Origin: an uncultured delta proteobacterium
GTDB taxonomy: Bacteria; Myxococcota_A; Polyangia; Palsa-1104
Reading direction: 5' to 3'
Assembly (NCBI GenBank): GCA_963785725.1
Contig: CAWAWS010000018.1
Span: 96,001 to 160,000 of the forward strand
DNA: 64,000 nucleotides
Below, piece after piece: positions 50,729 to 61,004 of the stretch. Each line of letters opens with the position of its first letter. Positions within the stretch are counted from its first letter, which is position 1. The position numbers and the translations under genes were made by a program. The notes below the pieces were generated by a model. The model ran no database searches, was not told the origin of the DNA, and saw only the letters and a list, made by a program, of their open reading frames with translations.

Positions 50729-51774
50729 CGCGACTGCTCGGCCATCGCGTAGCCGAGGCGCGCGATCTGGCGTTGTGCGCCGCCGAGCTCGAGCTCGATG
50801 CGCTTGGCCGCGAGGAAGTAGCGGTAGAGCGGGTAGCTGCGATCGAAGCCGATGCCGGCGTGGAGGTGCTGCGCGGCGGCGGCGACGCGCGCGCCGGCTT
50901 CGGCGGCCCAGATAGGCGGCGACGTTGACCGCGGCGGCCGCGCCATCGGCGTTCGTCTCCAGCCGAAACACCGCCGACCACACCGCCAGCGCAGCGACTC
51001 GACGTCGACGTGCATGTCGGCCGCGCGCTGACCGACCGCCTGAAAGAGGCCGATGGGCTTGCCGAACTGTTGGCGGCGCAGGCAGTGCTCGGCCGTCATC
51101 TCCAGCTGCTTCTCGGCCACGCCCAGCTCGAACGCGCAGAACGCCAGCGTCAGACGGGCGAGCGTCCATTCGAGCGCCGCCGCGCCGCCGCTCAATTGCT
51201 CGCCGCGCGCGCCGTCGAGCGTCACTTGGAAGACCTGGCTGTCGTCGGTGGCGCGGCCCGATTCGCGGCGCACGCCGGCTTGGTCGCGCGCGACCAAATA
51301 GAGCGCCGGCGAGCCGTCATGGCGCGCCGACACAATCATGAACGGCGCGCGATCGAGGGCGCCGACGGCGACTTTGACGCCGTGCAGCTTGCCGTCGGCG
51401 TCGGCGCGTGTCGCCGGCTTCTCGGGCTCGCCGCCGTGCTCGTTCAGCGCCAGCGCGATCGCTTCGGCTGCCGTCGTGGACGCGCGCCAGCTGCGGCATC
51501 TGCTCGGGCGATCCGTATTTGCGCCAGCGCCATCGACGCGACGATCGCCGGCACCAGCTCCACCGGCGCCGCCGCGCGTCCCGCCTGTTGCAGCACGAGC
51601 GCCAATTCCACGAGGCCCAGCCCCGCGCCGCCATGCTCGACCGGCAGCGTCGTGCCCAAGAGGCCGGCGCGGCCCAGCTCGGTCCAGACCTCGCTCGCCG
51701 CCGCTGCGGCCGTCGCTGCTTTTTGCGCCAGCTGCTTCAGCTGCGTCTTGATCGCCGTCGAACGCGAAGTCCAT
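50725..51774 (-). pseudogene. FadE27/ChsE5-like acyl-CoA dehydrogenase subunit broken by several frameshifts (possibly sequencing errors)
   Basis: MDFAF, EHGGAGLGLVELA, RQQFGKPIGLFQAVGQRAAD, QHLHAGIGFD.SYPL.RYF in different frames. Confidence 0.75.
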
Positions 51775-51782
51775 CGCAGCTC

Positions 51783-52959
51783 CTAATACGGCGCGCGCGG
51801 GATACCCAGCGCCGCCATGCAGATGATGTCGCGCTGCACCTCGTTGGTGCCGCCGCCGAAGGTCAAGACCAGCGTCGAGCGGTAATAACGCTCGATGCGT
51901 CCGCGCAAGGGAGCGCCGGCCGCGCCGCGCGTCAAGATGCCGGCCACGCCGAGCACCTCGAGCAGCAGCCGATAGGCCTCGACGTACAGCTCGCTGCCGT
52001 AGATCTTCACCGTCGATGCTTCGGCCGGCGACAGCGCGTTGCGATCGATGCTGCACGCCTGCTTCCAGTTCATCAGCTTCAAGATCTCGACCTTGGCGTG
52101 CACTTTGCCGAGCACCGACTGCACGTACGGCCGATCGATGACGCGCCCGTTGTCGCAGTCGCGCGTCTCGGCCGCCCATTGCCGCGTCTCTTCCAGCGCG
52201 CGCATGACCATCCCCGGCGAGAACAGCGCCACGCGCTCGTGATTGAGCTGCGAGGTGATGATCTTCCAGCCTTGGTTCACCTCGCCGACGAGGTTCGCCC
52301 GCGGCACGCGCACGTCTTCGTAATAGGTCGTGCACAGCTCGTTGTCGCCGAGCACCGGCGTCGGCGTCATCGACAGGCCCTTGGACTTGGCGTCGACGAT
52401 GAGGAGCGAGATGCCCTTGTGCTTGGGCGCGTCGGGATTGGTGCGCACGGCCAACCAGATGTAATCGGCGTGCAGCGCCAGGCTCGTGAACACCTTTTGG
52501 CCGTTGACGACGTAATCATCGCCGTCGATGACCGCGCTCGTCTTGAGCGACGCGAGATCGGTGCCCGCTTCCGGCTCGGTGTAGCCGATCGAAAAATGCA
52601 GCTCGCCGCGCAGAATCGGCGGCAGATACTTGGCGCGCTGCTCGGCGTTGCCGAAGCTTCATGATCGTCGGCCCGACCGTATTGAGCGTCAAGAGCGGAA
52701 TGGGAAAGCCGGCGCGCTGCACCTCATCGAAGAAGATGAACTGCTCGAGCGGCGGCCGACCTTGCCCGCCGTACTCCTTCGGCCAGCCGGCGCCGAGCCA
52801 GCCGTCCTTGCCCATCTGCGTGAGCGCGCGGCGATATTGCGGCCCGCCGCCTTCGGAATGGCCGAGCTCCTCTTCGAGCTCGGGCGTCATCAAACGCGCA
52901 AAGTAGTCGCGCAGCTCGCGCTGCAGCTGCTTCTGTTCCGGCGTGTAGTCGATGTACAT
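51783..52959 (-). CDS. FadE26/FadE29 (ChsE)-like steroid side-chain acyl-CoA dehydrogenase (one +1 frameshift near 52657)
   Basis: MYIDYTPEQ, GWPKEYGG, IGYTEPEAGTDLASL, LNHERV, LTFGGGTNEVQRDII. Confidence 0.88.
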
Positions 52960-52961
52960 CG

Positions 52962-55245
52962 CTATTTCTTCTCCGCCTGCTGCGCGAACCATTGTCCGTC
53001 GATCAAGATGAAGAGCCCTTCGGCCTCGGCGACGACGACGTCGGCGGCGCGGCAGCGACCGCGCACGAAGCTCTTGCGCCCGTCGATGCGCTCGACCCTG
53101 GCGTCGAACTGCAGCTCGACTTGCAGCGGCGTCGGCTTGCGATAGTGCACGGTCAGGCTGCCGGTCAAGGCCGGCATGCTGCGCAAGATGCCGAGGTAGC
53201 CGAACAGCTGATCGAACGCCGCGGCGACGAAGCCGCCGTGCGCGACGCCGGGCGCGCCGCCGAACTGCATGCCGAACGTCAGGCTCGCGCGCGCCACTTC
53301 TTCGCCGGCCGGACCTTCGCCCCAGAGCTTCATCGGCGGCGAGATCGGATTGGAGTGTCCGACGAGCGGAATGCGATCCATGAACACGCCTTGATGCGTG
53401 GCGTAGTTGCCTTCGCGAATGCCTTGCATCGACGTCTTCGTCGGCAATTCGCGCAGCCGACCGGCAATACGCTCGAGCTCGCCCGCCGCTTGATCGATGA
53501 GCGGCGCCTGCTTGTCGTCGAGGACGTCGAGGGTCACGCAGCGCTCGACCAGCTCGCGCACGGCGCGCGCCAGCCGACGATCGGCGCCCCACGCGCCCGT
53601 CGGCGCGACGTCGAACAGCTGCCACGCCGCCGCCATCGGCCGCGTGCTGTCGCTGCCGGCGGCCTTGCGCGACGTCGCCTCGGTCTTGGCCCAGCGATAA
53701 TCGGGCTTGCCGCTCGGGTGACGCGACATTTGCCCGACCAAATGCAGCTCGCGCGGCACTTTGTAGCCGGCGATGAGCGGCCGCAAGTGCGCGTCGATCT
53801 CCGCCAGCGACGGCCGCTTGCCGTCGCGCGCCTGCACCAGCGCCGCGACGCGCTCGCCCCAACGCTCATCGGGCACGCCAACGACGACGGCGTCGAGGAC
53901 GTCGGGATGCGCCTTCAACGCCTCTTCGACCTCTTCGGGGAAGATCTTTTCGCCGCCGGAGTTGATGCAGACGGCGCCGCGGCCGAGGACGGTGATGCTG
54001 CCATCCTCTTCGACGACCGCCAAATCGCCGGGCATGACCCAGCGCTGGCCGTCTTTGACGAAGAACGTGGCCGCGGTCTTCTCGGGGTCATTGTAGTAGC
54101 CGAGCGGGATGTGGCCGCGGCGCGCGACCTTGCCCATGATGCCGCTGCCGGCCGCGATCGGCTGGTGATTCTCGTCGAGGACGGCGGTGGAGTCGTCGAA
54201 GTAGAAGCGCGGCCGCGCGCCCATCTCGCCGCCGGCGTTGCCTTGATGGCCGGTCTCGGAGGCGCCGAAGTTGTTGAGCAGCATGACGTCGGGCAGCCGC
54301 GCCGCGATCACTTCCTGCACGGCGCGCGAGAAGATGGCGCCCGCCGACGCGATGACGATGAGCGACGACGTGTCGAGGTCGGGCTGCGCCGCCAGCGCCT
54401 CGCCGAGCGGCCGCGCCATCGCGTCGCCGACGAGCGTCAGCGTGTTCACGCCGCTCCTCGGCGATGAGGCGCGTGACCTGAGCCGCGTCGAAGCCGGGGC
54501 CGGGCGAGACGACGACCTTGCCGCCGTTGTTGAGGCAGATGAACGCCGCCCACTGCGCTGCGCCGTGAATGAACGGCGCCGCCGGCAAGAAGGTGAGCGA
54601 CTTGTCGCCCGACAGCGCCAGCGCCGGCAGCTCGGCCGGCGACGTGAGCGGCTCGCCGCCGGGATTGCCGCCTTGCAGACCGGCGTAGAAGACGTCCTCG
54701 TGGCGCCACATCACGCCGCGCGGCATGCCGGTCGTGCCGCCGGTGTAGATGATGTACAAGTCGTCGCTCGAGCGGCGCGGGAAATCGCGCACCGGCGACG
54801 CCGACGCCAGCGCCGCTTCGTAGTCGGGGCCGACGGCCAAGCGCAGCTTCAGCGTCGGCAGCTCGCTTTCGATCGCGTCCACGCGCGGCGCCAGCTCCGG
54901 CTGATGCAAGAGCGCCACGAGATCGGCGTTGTGACACAGATAGCGCAGCTCGCCCGCGACGTAGCGATAGTTGATGTTGATCGGCACCGCGCGCAGCTTG
55001 AACGCCGCCAGCACTGCTTCCAGATACTCGTGGCCGTTGTAGAGGTAGAGGCCGATGTGCTGCCCAGCCGTCACGCCGCGCGATCGCAGATAATTCGCGA
55101 GGCGTGTCGAGCGCTCGTCGAGCTGCCGATAGGTGAGGCGCACCGGCCCGGCGATGAGCGCCTCGCGATCGGGCACGGCATCGGCCACCGACTCGAACAG
55201 GTCGGCCAGGTTGAACGACTGCGGAAGGTTCGTCAGCTCGCTCAT
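52962..55245 (-). CDS. fadD19: FadD19-like steroid-CoA ligase fused to a C-terminal PaaI/hotdog thioesterase (one +1 frameshift near 54453)
   Basis: FNLADLFE, YTGGTTGMPRGVMWRHED, SGGEKIFPEEVE, SGKPDYRWA; then GAPGVAHGGFVAAAFD..TGSLTVHYRKPTPL. Confidence 0.82.
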
Positions 55246-56402
55246 GCGCGCGGCTCGCTTCCGACGATCCACATGGCGAAGTATTGCGAGCCGCCGCCGT
55301 AGGCGTGGCCCATGGCGACTTTGGCGCCGGCGACTTGGTGCTCGCCGGCCAGGCCGCGAACCTGCTGCGCGGCCTCGGCGAAGCGAATGAGCCCCGAGGC
55401 GCCGATCGGATTCGACGACATGACGCCGCCCGACGGGTTGATGGGCAAGTCGCCGTCGAGCGCGGTCACGCCGTCTTGCGTCAGGCGCCAGCCATCGTTC
55501 AGCGCGCAGAAGCCGAGACTCTCGAGCCACATCGGCTCGAACCACGAGAACGGCACGTACAGCTCGGCGACGTCGATCTGCTCGCGCGGGTTGGTGATGC
55601 CCGCTTGCGCGTACAGGTCCTTGGCGCAGTCGCGGCTGGCCTGCGGGTTGACGAGGTTGCGGCCGGAGAACATCGTCGGCTCCGAGCGCATCGCGCCGCC
55701 GAGAATCCAGGCCGGCGGCTTGTGCGCGCGCTTGGCGCCCGCCTCGTCGGCGATGACGACCGCGCAGGCGCCGTCCGACGACGGGCAGGTCTCGAGATAG
55801 CGCACCGGATCCCACAACATCGGCGACTTCTTCACCGTCTCCAGGCTGATGTCGGGCAGTTGCAGATGCGCGTAGGGATTCTTGAGCGCGTTCAGCCGAT
55901 CTTTGACGGCCACGAGCATGCCCACCTCTTCGGGCGCGCCCGAGCGCTTGAGGTAGGCGCGAATGATGGGCGCGAAGTAGCCGCCGGCGCCGGCCACGAG
56001 CGGCGGCTGAAACGGCATCTTCGGCGACAGCGCCCACATCGCGTCCGACTCCGACTGCTTCTCGAACGCGACGGCCAAGACGCGCTTGTGCACGCCCGCC
56101 TGCACCGCGTGCGCGGCCACGAGCCCCGTCGAGCCGCCGACCGAGCCGGCGGTGTGCACGCGCAGCATCGGCTTGCCGGCGGCGCCGAGCGCGTCGGCCA
56201 AGTACAGCTCCGGCATCATGACGCCTTCGAACATGTCGGGCGCCTTGCCGATGACGACGGCGTCGATGTCGGCGAACGTCAGCTCGGCGTCTTCGAGCGC
56301 ACGCAACGCCGCTTCACGCACGAGCCCGGCCAGCGACACGTCGCCGCGCTTCTGCGCATATTTCGTCTGCCCGACGCCGATGACTGCTGCTCGTTCGCTC
56401 AC
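55242..56402 (-). CDS. ltp3: Thiolase-like aldolase Ltp3
   Basis: GKAPDMFEGVMMPEL, RVHTAGSVGGST, CPSSDGA, YVPFSWFEP.WLE, HAYGGGSQYF. Confidence 0.9.
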   Translation of the reverse strand: MSERAAVIGVGQTKYAQKRGDVSLAGLVREAALRALEDAELTFADIDAVVIGKAPDMFEGVMMPELYLADALGAAGKPMLRVHTAGSVGGSTGLVAAHAVQAGVHKRVLAVAFEKQSESDAMWALSPKMPFQPPLVAGAGGYFAPIIRAYLKRSGAPEEVGMLVAVKDRLNALKNPYAHLQLPDISLETVKKSPMLWDPVRYLETCPSSDGACAVVIADEAGAKRAHKPPAWILGGAMRSEPTMFSGRNLVNPQASRDCAKDLYAQAGITNPREQIDVAELYVPFSWFEPMWLESLGFCALNDGWRLTQDGVTALDGDLPINPSGGVMSSNPIGASGLIRFAEAAQQVRGLAGEHQVAGAKVAMGHAYGGGSQYFAMWIVGSEPRA

Positions 56403-57418
56403 GACGCACCTTCCAGAACGGCAACGAGGTTTTGCTGCAGGCATGGGCCCGACGTCGCGTGCGCCAGCGTGCGCTTGGCGTCGCCGTCGTGAATGTGGCG
56501 CGCCGCGTGGCCGAGCCGCACCAAGCCGGCGACCATCAGCGGATTCGTCGCCAGCGCGCCGCCCGACGGATTGACGTTCACGCTGTCGTCGAGCCCGAGC
56601 GCGTCGCGCACGATCAGCTCCTGCGACGAGAACGGCGCGTGCAGCTCGGCGATTTCGATGGGCGCGTTGCCGACGCCGGCCTCTTTGCCGGCCCGTTCGG
56701 TCGACGGCGAGCGCGCCAGATCGCGCGCGCCCAACGAATGCGGCTCGATGCGATGGTCGATGCCGCGAATCCACGCCGGCCGCTTGCACATCGACTGGGC
56801 GCGATCGCCCGCCGCCAACACGATCGCCGCCGCGCCGTCGGAGATCGGCGGGCAGTCATGCTTGCGCAGCGGCGACACCAGATAGGGCGAGTCGAGCAGC
56901 GCGCCGGCCGAGCCCAGCTTCTTGGCGCGCGCCGCGACGTTGGCGAAGTCGCGCTCGCCGTACTTGCCGCCGTCGAGGAGCGCGCGCGCTTGCAGCGCCG
57001 CCAGGCTGATCGGATCGGGCGACAGCGGCGCGAGATAATAGGGATCGAGCTGCGTCACCAGCACATCTTGCAAGTCGCCCAACGACGAGCGCCCGAACGC
57101 GTAGACGAGCGCCGTGTCGATGTCGCCGTGCTGCAGCCGCACCCACGCTTCGTACAGCGCCCACGCGCCGTCCATCTCGACGTGCGACTCCTGAATCGGC
57201 GGCCACGCGCCGACGGCGTCGAGCGCCGCGACGAACGAGAACGGCATGCCGGTCAAGAAGTCGGACGAGCCCGAGATGCAAAACCCGATGGCGTGCCGAT
57301 CGAGCTTGGCCGCGTCGAGCGCCGCCGTCACGACGTCCATGACCAGCTCGGCGTCATTGAGCTGCGTGCGCCGCACGAACGGCGTCTCGGCGTACGAAAC
57401 AATCGCCACCGGCCGCAT
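56399..57418 (-). CDS. ltp4: Thiolase-like aldolase subunit Ltp4
   Basis: SGSSD.L.G..FSF...LD..G..PP..ESHVEMD.AWALYEAW, HATSGPCLQQN. Confidence 0.9.
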   Translation of the reverse strand: MRPVAIVSYAETPFVRRTQLNDAELVMDVVTAALDAAKLDRHAIGFCISGSSDFLTGMPFSFVAALDAVGAWPPIQESHVEMDGAWALYEAWVRLQHGDIDTALVYAFGRSSLGDLQDVLVTQLDPYYLAPLSPDPISLAALQARALLDGGKYGERDFANVAARAKKLGSAGALLDSPYLVSPLRKHDCPPISDGAAAIVLAAGDRAQSMCKRPAWIRGIDHRIEPHSLGARDLARSPSTERAGKEAGVGNAPIEIAELHAPFSSQELIVRDALGLDDSVNVNPSGGALATNPLMVAGLVRLGHAARHIHDGDAKRTLAHATSGPCLQQNLVAVLEGAS

Positions 57419-57900
57419 TACAAATGCTCCTTGTACGAGTCGTACGGCGCGTCGGGCTCGCCGGTGGGCTTGAAGTGATCGATGCTCTCGAGGCTCGGTC
57501 CCAAGGTCTCCGACCAGACCGCGCGAACGCGCAGCCCCATGCGGATCTCGTCGGCCGGCGCCTCTTGGATGAGGTGGAACAGCGTCGTGTCGGCGCCGTC
57601 GAGCATGATGGACGCGCAGGCATAAGGCAGCGGGCGCGCCTTGGCGTCGAAGTTGATGTTGATGATGCAGAACGTCGTGACCGTGCCGGTGTCGGCCACC
57701 GGCACCTCCTCGTCGGTGGGCACGCCGCAGGTCGGGCAGGCGCCGCGCGGCGGCAACGTCACTTTGCGGCACACCGGGCAGCGCTGGCCGAGCAGCTTCC
57801 CTTCGCTCAACGCGCGCAGGAAGCGCGAGCTGGCGCGGCCGGCGTTGACCGTGTAATGCAGCCGAATCGGCGCGACGAAGCCCTTGATGATGTCGCTCAC
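57418..57900 (-). CDS. Zn-ribbon/OB-fold (DUF35) protein, like the C-terminal half of Rv3521
   Basis: CPVC..CPTC Zn ribbon, GTVTTF, LDGAD, GLRV.AVW, PTGEPD. Confidence 0.85.
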   Translation of the reverse strand: MSDIIKGFVAPIRLHYTVNAGRASSRFLRALSEGKLLGQRCPVCRKVTLPPRGACPTCGVPTDEEVPVADTGTVTTFCIININFDAKARPLPYACASIMLDGADTTLFHLIQEAPADEIRMGLRVRAVWSETLGPSLESIDHFKPTGEPDAPYDSYKEHL

Positions 57901-58340
57901 GAGCCGCTCTCCAGGTCGAAGCAGGCGAGGTCGCGAATGTGGCCGACGCGCTCGGCGGCGAACCGCGCCTTGACGCGCACGCCCGACTTCATGCGCGCCG
58001 CCGAGCCGGCGTCGACGGCGTGCAGCATCGCCGTGTCGGCGCCGTCGAGCTTCACCAGCGCCCAGGCGAACGGTTTCTGCAGCGGGTGATTGGCGCGCGG
58101 CGTCTCCACCCACGCCCACGTCGTCACCACGCCCGTCGGCGGCAAGGTCACGAACTCGACGATGGGCTCGCCCGTCTCGTCATATTCGACGGCCGGCACG
58201 AGCACGCGGCCCGTCTTCGTGCGCACGCCTTCGATGCGCTCCTCTTTCAACGCCGCCAAAAACCGCCCGATGATGGGACCGCACGAGCGGCGGTAGTCGT
58301 AGGAAAGTACATACGGCGCGGTCAGAATCTCGTCCGCCAT
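57897..58340 (-). CDS. OB-fold (DUF35) protein, like the N-terminal half of Rv3521
   Basis: Y.RS.GP..GRFL, PFAWALVKLDGADT..LHAVD, GHIRD. Confidence 0.85.
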   Translation of the reverse strand: MADEILTAPYVLSYDYRRSCGPIIGRFLAALKEERIEGVRTKTGRVLVPAVEYDETGEPIVEFVTLPPTGVVTTWAWVETPRANHPLQKPFAWALVKLDGADTAMLHAVDAGSAARMKSGVRVKARFAAERVGHIRDLACFDLESGS

Positions 58341-58357
58341 GACGCGCTCCTAAAGGA

Positions 58358-59855
58358 TCAGTCGTCGAACAACAGGTTGAGGTACGGCTTGTCGCTGTAG
58401 TCGGTCGCTTCGCCGATGTGGATGTGCTTGAGCTGCTGGAATTCGGCGAGCCCGTAAGGTCCGAGCTCGCGGCCGAAGCCCGATCTGCTTGTAGCCGCCG
58501 AACGGGAAACGCACGCTGATCAAGTGGTAGTCGTTGATCCAGATGGTGCCGGCGTCGATGCGGTCGGCGAGCTTGCGCGCGCGCTCGATGTCGCGTGACC
58601 AGACGGCGCCGCCGAGTCCGTACATCGTGTCGTTGGCGACGCGGATTGCCTCTTCGTCGTCCGCCACTTTGATGATGGAGACGACCGGTCCGAAGATCTC
58701 TTCGCGCGCAATCTTCATTTCATTGCGCACATTGATAAATATTGTCGGTTCGTAGAAGTATCCGTTCGGCAGGTCGCTCGGACGCTTGCCGCCGGTGACG
58801 ACGGTGGCGCCCTCTTCACGGCCGGCGTGGACGTAGCGCTCCGAGTTGTCGCGCTGCTGCGCCGAGACCAGCGGCCCGAGCGACGTCGCGAAGTCCATCG
58901 GGTCGCCGACCTTGAGCGAGCGCGCGCCGGCGATCATCTTCTCGACGAATTCGTCGTGGATCTTGGCGTTGACGAGGATGCGCGTGCCCGATTCGCACAC
59001 TTGGCCCGAGTGGAAGAAGGTGCCGAACAGGGCGCCGCGCACGGCACAATCGATGTTCGCGTCTTCGAGGATCAGGTTGGGCGACTTGCCGCCGAGCTCG
59101 AGCGTCAGCTTCTTCAGCGTCGGCGCCGCCAGCTCCATGATGCGCTTGCCGACGTTGGTCGAGCCGGTGAAGGCGACCTTGTCGACCGCTCTGTGCGTGA
59201 CCAGCGCTTCGCCGAGCGCCGCGCCCGGCCCGCACAAGACGTTGACGACGCCCGGCGGCACGCCCGCTTCCGAGCACAGGGCCGCGATCATCAGCGTCGT
59301 CACCGGCGTGTACGGCGACGGCTTGACGATGATGCTGTTGCCGGCCGCGATCGCGGGCGCGATCTTCCACGCGGCCGCCGCCATCGGAAAGTTGAACGGC
59401 GTGATGCACGCGCACACGCCGAGCGGCTCGCGCTTGACGATGTTGCGGCTGTTGACCGGGACGTTCTCTTCGAACTCGTCCTCGTCCGGCGTCGACGCCA
59501 CGAGGTCGCCGTAATACTGGAACGTCTGCGCCGTCGCCGGAATGTCGGCGACGTTGGCTTTGCGCAGGGTGCCGCCCGAGTCGGTCACTTCGGCGACGGC
59601 GAACTCCTCGGCGCGCTCGAGCAGCAGCTCGGCGACCTTGCCCAAGATCGCGCCGCGCTCTTGGCCCGACATGCGGCGCCACGGACCGTGGTCGAACGAG
59701 CGTCGCGCCGCCGCGACGGCGAGCTCGACATCGGCCGGCCCGGCCGCGGCGACATGCGCCCACGGCTCGCCGGTCGCAGGATTGATCGTCGCTTGCAGCC
59801 CGCCGTCGGCCGCCGACTGCCATTGTCCGTCGATGAACAGCCCGAAGTCCTTCAT
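58358..59855 (-). CDS. Aldehyde dehydrogenase (one +1 frameshift near 58485)
   Basis: TPFNFP, FTGST, LELGGKSP, GQVC, EEIFGP, PFGGYKQ then SGFGRELG in shifted frame. Confidence 0.92.
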
Positions 59856-59943
59856 CGCCACCGTCCTCCAAAGGCGCACAAATCCCGTCGCGCCTGCCGA
59901 AGCAGCGCGTTGCCGTCGCTCGAGATGTGCAGTCGCGTTGCGG

Positions 59944-60282
59944 TTACTTCTTGGGCGGGAAAATCGCTTGCATCTTCTGCGCGAGCAGCACGTTGCCGGT
60001 GACCTTGAGCTGGCCTTTCATGAACGCCATCGCGCCATTGAGCTGCCCATTGGCCATCTTGACGTACTCTTCGCCCTTCATCTTCAAGGTCGCAGTCGGC
60101 TTTTCGTGCGGCCCTTCGGCGACCGTCATCTTGCCGTGGTCGACGGTGACGTGATAGGTGCCGCCGTCGTCGCCGGCGAGCTCGAACTGGAACACCGCTG
60201 AGATCTTCTCGGCCGCCTCGGGCTTGAAGCGCTCGCCGAGCGTATCGAAGTACTCCTTCACCGTCTTGACCTGCTCGACCAT
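59944..60282 (-). CDS. SCP2 sterol-binding domain protein
   Basis: FQFEL..D.GG, G.LNG..AFM.G.LKV.GN..LAQK. Confidence 0.92.
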   Translation of the reverse strand: MVEQVKTVKEYFDTLGERFKPEAAEKISAVFQFELAGDDGGTYHVTVDHGKMTVAEGPHEKPTATLKMKGEEYVKMANGQLNGAMAFMKGQLKVTGNVLLAQKMQAIFPPKK

Positions 60283-60331
60283 GACCGCCTCCTCAGTGTC
60301 CGAAAAAGCAACCGAACGACGATGTCAACAA

Positions 60332-60380
60332 TAGAACATGTTCCAATTAGGTCGTCCAGCCTAATTTGAAACACGTTCCA
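60332..60380. promoter_or_regulatory. Pair of KstR-type operators upstream of the SCP2/side-chain operon
   Basis: TAGAACATGTTCCA (60332-60345) and TGAAACACGTTCCA (60367-60380). Confidence 0.9.
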
Positions 60381-60471
60381 GTCCTAAGGTTGCTTCCCGT
60401 CGACGTTTTGGCAACGAGGCGTGAAAATTGCGCGTCGCGTCGGCGTGCCGCGGCCGAAAAATCTACGCCAT

Positions 60472-60780
60472 TCAGCGTATGAGACGCAGGGCGGTCAGCG
60501 TTTGCACGATCCCGACGAGCGCGGCGATGGCGCCGGCGCTGACGACCAGCTTGCCGCCCGAGCGCGCCCACGAGCCGAGCCCGCCGAGGGCCAGCATGCC
60601 GCCAAAGAGCGCACCAATCGGCACCTTCTCGACGCTCAAATGTAGGACGTGAAACGCCAGCAGCAGCTCGCAGCCGCTGGCCAGCGCCGCGATCGCCGGG
60701 AAGATGAGCGGCCGATGCTGCGCCAAGAGCACGAGCGACGCCGCGGCGCCGATGCACACGAACAGCCAAGGAAGGTTCAT
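60472..60780 (-). CDS. Small integral membrane hypothetical protein
   Basis: Four hydrophobic segments; GGGGG before ATG 60780. Confidence 0.6.
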   Translation of the reverse strand: MNLPWLFVCIGAAASLVLLAQHRPLIFPAIAALASGCELLLAFHVLHLSVEKVPIGALFGGMLALGGLGSWARSGGKLVVSAGAIAALVGIVQTLTALRLIR

Positions 60781-61004
60781 CCCCCATACATACTGCAATT
60801 GCCGCCCGAGCCAGAGGACGATCGGCAGACGAGTAGGGTGGTGTCGCGGCTTATCGCCGGTTACCGCGCGTCCCTTAAAGCACGTGCGATAGAAAATGGC
60901 GTCGCTGGGTTTGGTACGTGCGATAGAAATCGCGGACCTACAGTGGCGCCACCGGCGATTCTGCGACTCTAGTGTAACTATGCGGAAGGTGATATGATCA
61001 TGCC

